A DNA stretch of 64,000 nt from Deltaproteobacteria bacterium (GCA_037439645.1 JBBIVQ010000005.1:10368-74367), one strand, 5' to 3'. Counted from the stretch's first letter, positions 19,245 through 28,220 are shown. Made by a program: numbers and translations. Notes: generated by a model not told the origin, from the sequence alone.

Positions 19245-20471
19245 ATGCCGAATCGGATGAGCCGCGACATCGTCACCCTTTTCGCCGCGCGCATCATCCG
19301 GCTCTTCTGCTACGGGTTCCTCTCGGTCGTCCTCGCGCTCTATCTCGCGCGGATCGGCCTTTCCGAGCGGCAAATCGGCCTTCTCTTCACCCTCACCCTC
19401 GCGGGCGATGCGGGAATTTCTCTCCGGCTCACCACCACCGCGGACCGTTTCGGACGCAAGCGCACGCTGATCATCGGCGCGCTGCTGATGTCGGGCGCGG
19501 GCGTCGTTTTCATCGTCACCCGGGACGTTCTCTTCCTGCTCGCGGCCGCGATCGTCGGAGTCATCAGCCCGAGCGGGAATGAGATCGGTCCATTCCTGTC
19601 CGTCGAACAGGCCGCCTTGACGCAACTCCTGCCGGGCGAAAAACGCACGCATACGTTCGCATGGTACAACCTCGTCGGATCCTTCGCGACCGCGCTGGGC
19701 GCACTGTCGGGCGGCTGGCTGGCCCGGGCGCTGCAGCTCCGCGGGATGTCCGAGCTGGATGCGTATCGCGGTGTCCTGGCGGGATACGCGTTGGGCGGAT
19801 TCGTCCTCGTCATCCTTTTCCTTCAACTCTCGCGGGACGTTGAAGTGAAAACGGCTTCCCGGGCCGAGCCCGCCCGACGGGTGCTCGGCCTCCATCGCTC
19901 CCGCAACGTGGTGATCCGGCTCAGCGCGCTGTTCGCATTGGACGCCTTCGCGGGCGGGTTGATCGTGCAGGCCATGATCGCTTACTGGTTCCACGTTAAA
20001 TTCGGAATCGACGCGGGCGTCATCGGGACGATCTTCTTCGGGGCGAATCTGTTGGCGGGGATCTCGGCATTGATGGCGGCGAGGCTTGCCGCCCGGATCG
20101 GCTTGATCAACACGATGGTCTTCACGCACGTCCCGTCGAATGTCTTGCTGATCCTTGTTCCCCTCATGCCGACGCTTTCATTGGCGATCACCGTTTTGCT
20201 GCTGCGATTCAGCATCTCGCAGATGGACGTGCCGACGCGGCAATCGTATACGATGGCGGTGGTATCGCCCGATGAACGTTCCGCCGCTTCGGGCGTCACC
20301 AGCATTGCGCGATCCGTCGGCGCGTCGATATCCCCCTCCCTTACAGGGTTATTGTTCGCCGTTCCGGCGTTGCTGAGCGCCCCCTTTTACCTGGCCGGCG
20401 GATTGAAAATCGTCTACGACATCCTCCTCTATCGTGGTTTCCGCACGATGAAAGCCCCCGAGGAGAAATGA
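19245..20471 (+). CDS. MFS transporter
   Basis: 12-TM profile, with an MFS-like motif between TM2 and TM3 (DRFGRKRTLIIG). A GGAGGG Shine-Dalgarno lies upstream. An alternative GTG start exists at 19233. Confidence 0.8.
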   Translation: MPNRMSRDIVTLFAARIIRLFCYGFLSVVLALYLARIGLSERQIGLLFTLTLAGDAGISLRLTTTADRFGRKRTLIIGALLMSGAGVVFIVTRDVLFLLAAAIVGVISPSGNEIGPFLSVEQAALTQLLPGEKRTHTFAWYNLVGSFATALGALSGGWLARALQLRGMSELDAYRGVLAGYALGGFVLVILFLQLSRDVEVKTASRAEPARRVLGLHRSRNVVIRLSALFALDAFAGGLIVQAMIAYWFHVKFGIDAGVIGTIFFGANLLAGISALMAARLAARIGLINTMVFTHVPSNVLLILVPLMPTLSLAITVLLLRFSISQMDVPTRQSYTMAVVSPDERSAASGVTSIARSVGASISPSLTGLLFAVPALLSAPFYLAGGLKIVYDILLYRGFRTMKAPEEK

Positions 20472-20571
20472 ACCGCGTCCTGCGATGGCCGATGAGAAGG
20501 AACCGGCGCGGCCGATTCCGCATCGTACCGGGAGCGAACAGCAGCCCGCAGGATGAGAGGAGGCGACTGCA

Positions 20572-21273
20572 TTGAAAAGGGTGAAAGGTGCGGTCATGTT
20601 CGGCGCGATCGTCATGCTTTCCGTGGCGATGCAGGCGCCGATCGTATCGGCGAAAGGGGATGAGGCGGTACGGGTCAAGACGGCCGCCGAGGTGATGGAA
20701 AAAATCATGGAGATCCCGGAGAAGGCGGTCCCTCCCGCGCTGCTGGCGGACGCCCACGGGATCGCGATCATCCCGGGAGTCGTGAAGGTCGGGTTCGTGT
20801 TGGGGGGCCAGTTCGGGCGCGGGGTTCTCCTCGTCAGGGGAAAGGGCGGGTCCTGGAGCGATCCCGTGTTCGTCACCCTGATGAGCGGGAGCGTCGGGTG
20901 GCAGATCGGGGCGGAGTCCACCGACTTCGTCGTCGTGTTCAAGACGCCGAGGAGCGTCGATGGGATATTGAAGGGGAAATACACCCTCGGGGCGGATGCG
21001 GGGGTGGCGGCCGGTCCGGTGGGGCGATTGGCGAAAGCGTCTACCGACGTCGAGTTGAAGGCGGAGATCTACTCCTATTCGAGAAGCCGGGGCCTCTTCG
21101 CCGGGGTATCCCTGGAGGGATCCTCCCTGCAAGTGGACGACAAGGGCAACGCCGCGTTCTACGGAACCGAGGAGATTCGTCCCTCCGCGATCGTGACGGG
21201 CAAGGGGATCAAAACGCCTCCCGGAGCGGAGATGCTGAAGAAGGTGGTGGGGAAGTACGCGCCGCCGGAATGA
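20572..21273 (+). CDS. SYLF/Ysc84 (DUF500) lipid-binding domain protein with signal peptide
   Basis: Signal peptide is followed by the SYLF motifs HGIAIIPGVVKVGFVLGGQFGRGVLLVRG and GWQIGAESTDFVVVF. TTG start with a GAGAGGAGG Shine-Dalgarno. Confidence 0.75.
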   Translation: MKRVKGAVMFGAIVMLSVAMQAPIVSAKGDEAVRVKTAAEVMEKIMEIPEKAVPPALLADAHGIAIIPGVVKVGFVLGGQFGRGVLLVRGKGGSWSDPVFVTLMSGSVGWQIGAESTDFVVVFKTPRSVDGILKGKYTLGADAGVAAGPVGRLAKASTDVELKAEIYSYSRSRGLFAGVSLEGSSLQVDDKGNAAFYGTEEIRPSAIVTGKGIKTPPGAEMLKKVVGKYAPPE

Positions 21274-21285
21274 TCCGTGCCGTGC

Positions 21286-21312
21286 GGGAGGCGGGGGAGC
21301 GCCCTGCCTCCC
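21286..21312. terminator. Hairpin (gggaggc...gcctccc) between convergent SYLF and DJ-1 genes
   Basis: 7-bp GC stem with a 13-nt loop in the 45-nt convergent gap. Confidence 0.3.
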
Positions 21313-21318
21313 CCGTCG

Positions 21319-21846
21319 CTATTCGCTTTCGCCGGACAGCGCCTGGAGGATCGTGCGGCAGAAGGCCGGCAGATCCTCCGGCTTCCGGGACGTGACCAGG
21401 TTGCCGTCCCGGACGACTTCGCGGTCTTCGTAGATCGCACCCGCGTTCACCAGGTCGTCCTTGATGGCGAAAAAGCAGGTCGCCTTCCGTCCTCGCAGCA
21501 CGTCCGCCGAAACCAGCATCCACCCGCCGTGGCAGATCGCCGCCGCCACCTTTCCTCTCGCGAACACGCCGCGGACCAGGTCCACCATCGCCTTGTGACG
21601 CCGCATCCGGTCGGGCGCGTAGCCCCCGGGGACGATCACCGCGTCGAAGTCGGAGGCATTCACTTTCCCGGCCACCGCATCGGGAGTGACCGGGTATCCG
21701 TGCTTGGAGACGTACCCCGCCGCGCCACCCCCCACGATGGTCACCTTCGCGCCCGCTTCGCGGAACCGGTACACGGGGTACCACAACTCGAGATCCTCGT
21801 AGAGATCTTCCGCCAGTACGGCGATGTGTTTCGATTTCAGGTTCAT
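21319..21846 (-). CDS. DJ-1/PfpI family protein (type 1 glutamine amidotransferase-like; intracellular protease/deglycase family)
   Basis: IAVLAEDLYEDLEL...AICHGGWML includes the nucleophile-elbow cysteine. Confidence 0.85.
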   Translation of the reverse strand: MNLKSKHIAVLAEDLYEDLELWYPVYRFREAGAKVTIVGGGAAGYVSKHGYPVTPDAVAGKVNASDFDAVIVPGGYAPDRMRRHKAMVDLVRGVFARGKVAAAICHGGWMLVSADVLRGRKATCFFAIKDDLVNAGAIYEDREVVRDGNLVTSRKPEDLPAFCRTILQALSGESE

Positions 21847-21972
21847 CGTTTTCCTCCTCCGGACCGGGTCAGGCGGTTTTTTCCGAGTAATCCATCATCC
21901 CCTGGAAATCGACGAGGACGACCGTAACGTTGGATGCCGGAACGGTTCGCAAGGTGGCGATCTCCGAACGGA

Positions 21973-23085
21973 TCATACCCGGCCGGTCCGTGTGCCGGAT
22001 GGGGCCGGTTCCACCACCGCTCCATCGGGGGTGTCCCTCACCCACCACCCGGAAGCGAGGATCCGTCGACGAAGGGCGTCCGCCATGGCCCACTCTTTCC
22101 GCGCCCGTGCTTCCTCCCTTTCCCCGATGAGGCGGAGCGTTTCGGGGGGCACCTCGGAATTCCCGGGAAAGCCACGCGCGTCGGGTACCGGGTTGGAGAG
22201 GGCCGCCGCCGCGGCCTCCCATACGTCGGCAGCCACATCGCCCCTCCCTGAAGCCCGCCGGAAGGGGCCCAATTCCGGGAGGGGAAAGGTTTGCGGGGCG
22301 ATGTAAACCGACTCCCGCCCGGAGCGGATCAATGTTACGCTTCCCGCCCCGAAGACCTCCGCCCGATCCGCCGACGGGTCGATCACCAGGGCCGTGTTCT
22401 CGTCAACCCCGACGATCGTCCGATCCCCTTCGATGAGGCCGCGCAAAACTTCGAACCGTTCCCGCCCCATGTAGCACCGGCTCGTATCGAGTTCCCTTCC
22501 TCCGTCGGCGTTGTTCCAATGGGGGACGAGGACGAGGGAGAGACCGTGCCGACCCATCAGGTCGAGACCGGGTTCCCAGCGCGCGTCCTCTCCGACCTTG
22601 AAGATCTCGTACACGGGAAGCGCCAGCGCCCCCGCGGCGATCATCGCCGCGCTGGCGAGGATGGTCGTGCCGCCGAGCAGGTGCCGCGCCGTCACGCCGT
22701 GCCAGGCCAGGCTTCCGCGGAGCTGGCGTACGGCGTAGGTGGGACTTCCCGGTCCGAGAAACACAAGGTCCGACCGCAGCACCCTTTCCAGCAGCGCGGG
22801 ATCGTCGGGGCTGAAGGCGGTCCCCCGCCGGCGAGCGGGAAGCGATTCGACGACGGGTGAATACGCTGCCAGGCTTCGACGGAGGAATTCGACGACCCGA
22901 CCCGCTACCCGCGCAGAGTTCGGCTCGAAACCCGCCGGGGTCTCCAGCACGGCGACTCGCGGTGAAACCGGCCGCCCCATCCGGCGCACAAGCGTTTCGT
23001 AGACGCGGCCTCCCACCGGCGATATCTCGCCCGAGCCGAAGAGAACCACCGGACCCGGACCCGGGCGGTTCGACAAGGTTTTCAT
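21973..23085 (-). CDS. Hypothetical protein: peptidase S51/cyanophycinase-like domain with a C-terminal cysteinyl-tRNA-synthetase-like tail
   Basis: N-terminus VVLFGSGEIS...LVFLGPGSPTY...GTTILASAAMIAAG is S51-like. C-terminus REEARARKEWAMADALRRRILASGWWVRDTPDGAVV resembles the CysRS C-terminal region. Confidence 0.55.
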   Translation of the reverse strand: MKTLSNRPGPGPVVLFGSGEISPVGGRVYETLVRRMGRPVSPRVAVLETPAGFEPNSARVAGRVVEFLRRSLAAYSPVVESLPARRRGTAFSPDDPALLERVLRSDLVFLGPGSPTYAVRQLRGSLAWHGVTARHLLGGTTILASAAMIAAGALALPVYEIFKVGEDARWEPGLDLMGRHGLSLVLVPHWNNADGGRELDTSRCYMGRERFEVLRGLIEGDRTIVGVDENTALVIDPSADRAEVFGAGSVTLIRSGRESVYIAPQTFPLPELGPFRRASGRGDVAADVWEAAAAALSNPVPDARGFPGNSEVPPETLRLIGEREEARARKEWAMADALRRRILASGWWVRDTPDGAVVEPAPSGTRTGRV

Positions 23086-23154
23086 CCGGCATCCTTCCGC
23101 TTCGGTCGAATCGCGGGAATCGGACCGGTTCGTCCCTGCGGGATGACGTGGAAC

Positions 23155-23667
23155 TCAGAGCTTGCGCAGTGCCGCTTCCCGTTTCCGGTCCTTCTTCTTC
23201 GCCTTGTGTCCCTCCCCTTTTTTCGCCCCGTGCCGTGCCGACGGATCCTCGTCGGTGGATCCTTTTACGGATTCGTACAGGAACCCGAAGATCCGGTCAC
23301 CGAAGTCGTCGCACGAGACCACGGTTACGGAGCGGGAGGAGAGCGTTCCTGCAAGGCCCCGGTCGGAGGTGACGACCACCGTGCCGGACGGTGCGTTTCC
23401 GGCCATTTCGCGGATCACGTCGTCGGCCGATTCGAAGGCGCGGGAGAAGAGAGCCGTTCCCCCCTTGAACGCGGACCGGTTCCGTTCCCGCGCTCCTGCT
23501 CCCTGCCCGTCGAAGATGACGGTCAGGTGGAACCCCTTTTTCCCGGCATAGTCCGCAAGGATCGCGCACATCTCCTTCCGCCCGGCGTCCGACACGGGAT
23601 CTTCCTCGAGCGGAAGCGCGCCGGAACGGGCGAGGTTGTACCCGTCGACGAGAAGGTGAGCGCCCAT
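23155..23667 (-). CDS. NYN-domain (YacP-like) predicted RNA-binding nuclease
   Basis: HLLVDGYNLARS...LTVIFDGQ is the YacP/NYN motif. The tail is lysine-rich. Confidence 0.8.
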   Translation of the reverse strand: MGAHLLVDGYNLARSGALPLEEDPVSDAGRKEMCAILADYAGKKGFHLTVIFDGQGAGARERNRSAFKGGTALFSRAFESADDVIREMAGNAPSGTVVVTSDRGLAGTLSSRSVTVVSCDDFGDRIFGFLYESVKGSTDEDPSARHGAKKGEGHKAKKKDRKREAALRKL

Positions 23668-23955
23668 TCAACCCCCCATGCCTTCTTCCACTTCCCGCCA
23701 TGCATCTCAGAGTATCTTACATTGCAGTGTGTCGTGTTCCGACATGTTCTTCATGGAATGGTTCCTGTCGGGACGAACCTCCTTTCCGTCGGGATCCGGT
23801 GCCGTTCCCTTCGTGCGTGCACCTTGTTCCTCATGACGGATGAAGTCTCCCCCGGACTGTTTTCGAGGGAATGCCGACTCTCGGGAGTTTCCACCCACCG
23901 TTTCTCCGGAGCATTCACCCGGGGGACCCGTCACATGGGTGTGTCGGGGAGGAGG

Positions 23956-23984
23956 TTGACGCCGGAAACCCCTTGCAGTAGGAT
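23956..23984 (+). promoter_or_regulatory. Sigma-70-like promoter for the tRNA gene (TTGACG-N17-TAGGAT)
   Basis: The -35 and -10 boxes have 17-nt spacing and sit about 15 nt upstream of the tRNA 5' end, in an AT-richer patch. Confidence 0.5.
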
Positions 23985-24000
23985 ACTTTTCCTCACGGAC

Positions 24001-24077
24001 GCGCCCTAGGGCGCGTCCGATAGAGCACTTGACTACGAATCAAGTGGCCAGAGGTTCGAATCCTCTAGGGCGCGCCA
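24001..24077 (+). tRNA. tRNA-Arg (anticodon ACG) with encoded CCA; D-arm is non-canonical (possible pseudo or atypical tRNA)
   Basis: Folded by hand: acceptor gcgccct/agggcgc, anticodon stem cttga/tcaag with loop cTACGaa (anticodon ACG), T-arm agagg-ttcgaat-cctct, discriminator G then CCA. The 5' end sits inside a perfect 22-bp palindrome, and there is an extra nucleotide before a weak D-stem. Confidence 0.6.
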
Positions 24078-24218
24078 TTCTCCCGTTTCCGCGGCATTGC
24101 GAGGATTCGAAGCGAGCCCGCCGCCGACCGATGAGGGAGGAAAAGCCGGCATGGATGCCGGCGTCAGGCGGGGGAGGGGAGGCTACGCAGCCGGAGCCAG
24201 GATGGCGGAGGCGTAGTA

Positions 24219-24240
24219 GCCGAATCCTCTAGGCGCGCCA
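24219..24240 (+). repeat. Direct repeat of the tRNA-Arg 3' end (20/21 nt identical to 24056-24077); att-like remnant
   Basis: gccgaatcctctaggcgcgcca matches ttcgaatcctctagggcgcgcca with one G deletion. It lies 143 bp downstream of the tRNA. Confidence 0.6.
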
Positions 24241-24355
24241 CTTTTTCCTTTTATAATCAACATCTTAGGTAGCGCCATTTTGGCGCTCCGCCCTTGGCGA
24301 TCTGTCCGGTTGCGCGGGGGTTGCGGTTTTTGCCGAACTTTTTTCCCGATCCAGA

Positions 24356-25747
24356 TCATCGGTGTGTGCTCTCTCCCTCCGCAAGGACCACCTTTTCCCG
24401 TTTCGCCAGGTCGAGCATCGCGGGGGTGAAGCCGCTGCGGCTGAACAGGACGAACCGTTCGTTTCTCTTGCCGGCGTGCCAATCCACCAGTTCCGATTTC
24501 CTGCGAAGGTCCTGGTATACGTCCGTTCCGACCTTTCTGTTGCTCCACTTGCACTCCCCGAACCAGATGGCGCGGGATTCCTCGTCGAGCGCAACCAGAT
24601 CGATCTCTTCGTTCTTCGCCCACCAGCGGCCGAGGGAGGTGACCGGTACGTTCTCCCGTCTGGCCATGTCAAGGAAGATCTCCCGGGAGATCGATTCGTA
24701 AGCATTGCCTACGTGCTGGTCGAATGTGGCCTCGATTTGCTTGAGGACGTAACCCTCGTTGCCGAGTTCCAATCTTCCCCGGTTCGGGAGGACGTACTTG
24801 AACCAAAAAGCGAAGAAGCGGTCGTGCAGTCGGTACAGGCCGAGTCGGCTCTTGTCGGGAGACTTCTCGGTGACGGGAACCTCCTTCTCGACAAACCCCA
24901 GACTCCTCAGAATGTCGAGGTAACGGGAGAGGTGTGCCTTGTCGAATCCCGTGTCGTTCATGATCTCGGAGAGCTTTCTCTTTCCTTGGGAGATGGCCCG
25001 GAGGATGACATAGTAATCCCGTGGTTCACGGAGTTCCTCACGCAGAAGGAATTCCACCTCGTTGTAGAGGAAGGTGTTCCGGGCAAGGATCAGCTCGGAG
25101 ATGTTTCGGAAGACGCTCTCGTGCGGCCGGACCTGCTCCAGGTAGGCCGGGACGGACCCGAAGGAGGAGTAGATGGCCGCGCGTTTTTTCAGGTCCGCCT
25201 CGGGGAAGAATTCCTTCAAGGCGCTGAATTTGAGCTCCTCGACCTTCAGGGAACCGGTCCGGCGGCCGTAAAGGGGAGCTTTCGAGAACAGGACTTCGCG
25301 CTCCATCATCCCGACGCTTGACCCGAGCAGTATCAGGAACAGCTTTGTGTCCTTCAGGTGCGTGTCGATTCCTTTTTGGAAAATGGAAGAGATTGCCCGG
25401 GCGGCACTCACAAGGTAGGGGAATTCATCGATGACGAGTACCAGGCGGGCCTTCGCGCTCTTTTCCCGGATGTAGCGGAAGAACTGCTCCCAGTCCCGGA
25501 AGCCCCCTTCGATCAGGATCCTGTCCTTGAAATATTCCCCGACGCATCTACCGAGGTTTTTCAGTTGCTCCACCTCGGCGACGGTATCCGCAAGGAAATA
25601 GGCGGCCGGCTTGTTCTGGATGAACTCACGGACGAGCCGGGTTTTGCCCACCCGGCGCCTGCCGTAGAGGGGGATGAACCGGAAAGACGGCTGTTCGAAT
25701 TCCCGCTCCAGGAACCCGAGTTCCTCCTGTCTGTCGACGAACCGCAT
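24356..25747 (-). CDS. ATP-binding protein of the 'archaeal-type ATPase' family (AAA+ P-loop N-terminal domain with a DUF234-like C-terminal domain)
   Basis: Walker A GRRRVGKT and Walker B LVLVIDEFPYL. Start was chosen at the internal MRFVDRQEELGFL. The upstream region is AT-rich with TATAAT-like boxes. Confidence 0.75.
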   Translation of the reverse strand: MRFVDRQEELGFLEREFEQPSFRFIPLYGRRRVGKTRLVREFIQNKPAAYFLADTVAEVEQLKNLGRCVGEYFKDRILIEGGFRDWEQFFRYIREKSAKARLVLVIDEFPYLVSAARAISSIFQKGIDTHLKDTKLFLILLGSSVGMMEREVLFSKAPLYGRRTGSLKVEELKFSALKEFFPEADLKKRAAIYSSFGSVPAYLEQVRPHESVFRNISELILARNTFLYNEVEFLLREELREPRDYYVILRAISQGKRKLSEIMNDTGFDKAHLSRYLDILRSLGFVEKEVPVTEKSPDKSRLGLYRLHDRFFAFWFKYVLPNRGRLELGNEGYVLKQIEATFDQHVGNAYESISREIFLDMARRENVPVTSLGRWWAKNEEIDLVALDEESRAIWFGECKWSNRKVGTDVYQDLRRKSELVDWHAGKRNERFVLFSRSGFTPAMLDLAKREKVVLAEGESTHR

Positions 25748-25918
25748 GGCTTCCTCCGATAAGGTGTCGATATGGATTGCGGTATGTATAATCCTGTTTA
25801 GTCTAAACATGATTATACTGATCCAGCGCGATCCTGCAATGGGTTGTTCGGGGTGAATTGCGCATGGTATGGCATAAGTTCGACAATATCGAACTATTAC
25901 CATGTATTGTCTATTTTG

Positions 25919-26119
25919 TTATTGGGCGGGGATGGCTATTTCTCTATTGGTATCAATGGCTTCCACATTGTGGGCGTCCACGTTCCACCCCGGGTCGTCG
26001 AGGGCGTTGACCGCCTTCCGGTTCGCGCCGGGGATCAGGTGTCCGTAGGTGTCCACGGTGATCTGGATGGAGTGGTGCCCGAGCTGCTCCTTGACGTAGA
26101 CCAGGGATTCTCCGTGGAA
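25919..26119 (-). pseudogene. Tyrosine recombinase/integrase C-terminal fragment (about 65 aa, catalytic-Tyr region only)
   Basis: The minus-strand translation GKTFHGESLVYVKEQLGHHSIQITVDTYGHLIPGANRKAVNALDD ends at the stop at 25919-25921. No N-terminal or core-binding domain is present upstream. Confidence 0.7.
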
Positions 26120-26370
26120 CGTTTTTCCGAAACGTACTCCTGTCGTTTTTGTTCGGCGAGCTGGGCTGCCTCATAATTGGCAACGGGTTTTCCCTTTTCA
26201 GCAAGTTCCTTCGCGATGATATCGGCGTTTACGAACGGCAAACCGCTTGGCGCAATGAACAGTTCATGAAACGTGGTCTTGCCGGCGCCGTTCGGCCCAG
26301 CCAGCACGACCAGAACGGGTTTTTTGTCCGATCCGGATGTCAGGAGTTTGCGCAGGGCCGGGACGATCAT
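26120..26370 (-). pseudogene. Zeta-toxin-like / P-loop kinase N-terminal fragment (about 83 aa), broken at the junction with the integrase fragment
   Basis: MIVPALRKLLTSGSDKKPVLVVLAGPNGAGKTTFHELF... matches a zeta-toxin-like start. After EYVSEKR the frame becomes low-complexity nonsense. The integrase homology starts in another frame at the same point. Confidence 0.55.
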
Positions 26371-26798
26371 CGAGCGGCACGAACCGGAGTTGGGGCGAAC
26401 ACTCCGTCCTTGACCCGTCCGGAAGCCCTGGTTCCGTCAGGCATTATACGGATCACCTTCCCTGGATGGGCCGGGTCGGCTTCGTACACGGGGACGCCGG
26501 GGGCGAGGATCTTTGCTTTCACTGCATCGCGGTCCGGGGTCAGCATGATCTGCGTCACCGTGGAGACGATTTTTGACTCGACACTTTGGGCGCTGACCTG
26601 CTTGAGAAAGAACGGAAGATTTTCCTTGAGAACCTTGACCTCTGCGTTCCCGAGGATTGCTTCCGCGGCCTGTCCGATCTTTACCCAATGCTCGACTTGG
26701 CCCGCCATGGACCGGTCCGATACCTGCGCCTCGCTCCTTACGTCACGGATGACCACCTGATCGGAAAGCTTTACCACCATCTGTTTTCCCGTCTGCAT
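26367..26798 (-). CDS. Hypothetical protein coupled to the zeta-like gene (ATGA overlap); possible antitoxin partner
   Basis: ATG at 26798 follows a GGGGGG Shine-Dalgarno. The stop overlaps the start of the zeta-like fragment. No recognisable DNA-binding motif. Confidence 0.5.
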   Translation of the reverse strand: MQTGKQMVVKLSDQVVIRDVRSEAQVSDRSMAGQVEHWVKIGQAAEAILGNAEVKVLKENLPFFLKQVSAQSVESKIVSTVTQIMLTPDRDAVKAKILAPGVPVYEADPAHPGKVIRIMPDGTRASGRVKDGVFAPTPVRAAR

Positions 26799-27027
26799 GA
26801 CACCCCCCCATGGGCGAGATTCGATTGAGCATCGAAGGTAACTAAATGCTACCATGCATTCTCAGTCGCAGCAAGGGGGGAGGAGCAGAAATGTACCCAG
26901 ACGGCAGGATTGGTCCAAATCGTAAACGATAAAAAGCCTCCTTTTGAACTTGTATTCAGCAGGGATTCCCGGAAGGTGGAGTTATCGGGCGACAGGAACT
27001 GTCGCATCGGTCCCGTATGCTCTTCAC

Positions 27028-27264
27028 ATGAAGACGGGTGACCAAGTGGTTATCACCCTGGTGTGCTTGGGGTGCCGCACGGAGCGGAGCATGCGGATCC
27101 CCCGCGAGCGTGGGATCACGCCCGGCAAGTACCTCTGGGAATGCTTCGCGTGGCAGGAGAAGCGGTACGGGGTATTGGGCAGCGGCTGTAAGAGGGATCC
27201 CGGAGTGGATCGGGCGCGTCCCGGCGGCCACGGGCAACCGGAAAACGGACAGGAGGAAGGATGA
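27028..27264 (+). CDS. Small Cys-containing hypothetical protein (about 78 aa)
   Basis: MKTGDQVVITLVCLGCRTERSMRIPRERGITPGKYLWECFAWQEKRYG. Its stop overlaps the start of the next gene (ATGA). The Shine-Dalgarno is weak. A TTG-start extension to 26944 is possible. Confidence 0.35.
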   Translation: MKTGDQVVITLVCLGCRTERSMRIPRERGITPGKYLWECFAWQEKRYGVLGSGCKRDPGVDRARPGGHGQPENGQEEG

Positions 27265-28205
27265 CCACGGAAAATCGCATGACCACGCTGGCGGACCTTA
27301 CGATCGGCAACCCGAAGACGGTTCTGAACCTGACGGCGGTCCCTCTCTCGGGGAATCCTGCCTCCACGCTCGACTACCTGCTGATCGACGAGGCCCTCGA
27401 GACGAAGAAGGTGATCGTCGAGGAGGTGAGCGAGGGCGGGTCGGTCCCGGAGCTGCGGATGACGAACTTCGCGAACCGGTGCGTCCTGATCGTCGACGGC
27501 ACGGAGCTGGTCGGCGCCAAGCAGAACCGGATCGTCAACGCGTCGTTCCTCATCCCGCAGGAGTCGGTCACGAGGATCCCCGTCTCCTGCGTGGAGCAGG
27601 GGCGATGGGGGTACAAGGGGCGGGAGTTCGGCGCGAGCAAGCACTTCTCGCCGCACAGGATCCGGCGGGACAACGCCGAGTTCCACAAGACCACCCTCAA
27701 GCAGAATCGCGGCTACGCCACCGAGCAGGGGAAGGTCTGGGAGCACGTGGCGAACATGTCCCACGAGATGGCAGCGCCCACGATGACCGGCGCAATGAAC
27801 GACGTCCTCGAGCAGCGGGAGGGCTCCATCGAGGAGTACCGGAAGGGGATCTCCCTGGACGGGGCCGGGACCGGGGCAGCCTTCTTCGTCAACGGGATCT
27901 TCCAGGGGATCGAGCTGTTCGACCGGGAGGCGACGTTCGCGAAGATGTTCCCCAAGCTCCTCTCCGGGGTCGCCGTGGAGGCGATGATGGCGCAGGGGCA
28001 AAAGCTTTCCGCCCGCCGGGCCAAGACCCCGGAAGAAACCATGAAGTACGTAAGTCGGATCCTGGCCGAGGTGTCGAAGTCGCTCTTCGAGAAGTTCGAG
28101 CCGGTGGGGATGGGCGAGGATTGGCGGTACGACGGGAAGCGATCGTTCGGGAAGGCGCTTCACTACGGCGCGGACCTCATTCACTTCTCTGCGTTCGGGA
28201 AATAA
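27261..28205 (+). CDS. Hypothetical protein (314 aa), no family confidently recognised
   Basis: A long ORF with coding-like composition, coupled to the upstream small ORF and followed by a strong terminator hairpin. The N-terminal region reads TVLNLTAVPLSG...LLIDEALETKKVIVEEVSEGGSVPEL. Confidence 0.65.
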   Translation: MTTENRMTTLADLTIGNPKTVLNLTAVPLSGNPASTLDYLLIDEALETKKVIVEEVSEGGSVPELRMTNFANRCVLIVDGTELVGAKQNRIVNASFLIPQESVTRIPVSCVEQGRWGYKGREFGASKHFSPHRIRRDNAEFHKTTLKQNRGYATEQGKVWEHVANMSHEMAAPTMTGAMNDVLEQREGSIEEYRKGISLDGAGTGAAFFVNGIFQGIELFDREATFAKMFPKLLSGVAVEAMMAQGQKLSARRAKTPEETMKYVSRILAEVSKSLFEKFEPVGMGEDWRYDGKRSFGKALHYGADLIHFSAFGK

Positions 28206-28220
28206 TCAGAGGGAAACAGG

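Noticed and set aside
19047-20129. 360-aa minus-strand ORF antisense to the MFS transporter
   Set aside because: Charged, low-complexity product opposite a clear 12-TM transporter.
23998-24019. 22-bp perfect palindrome as a stand-alone hairpin or protein-binding site
   Set aside because: It overlaps the 5' acceptor and D region of the tRNA-Arg call. I treat it as part of the atypical tRNA or att-site finding rather than a separate element.
26944-27027. TTG-initiated 28-codon N-terminal extension of the small Cys-protein ORF
   Set aside because: There is no Shine-Dalgarno, and the extension overlaps an AT-rich promoter-like spacer. The ATG at 27028 is preferred, though neither start is well supported.
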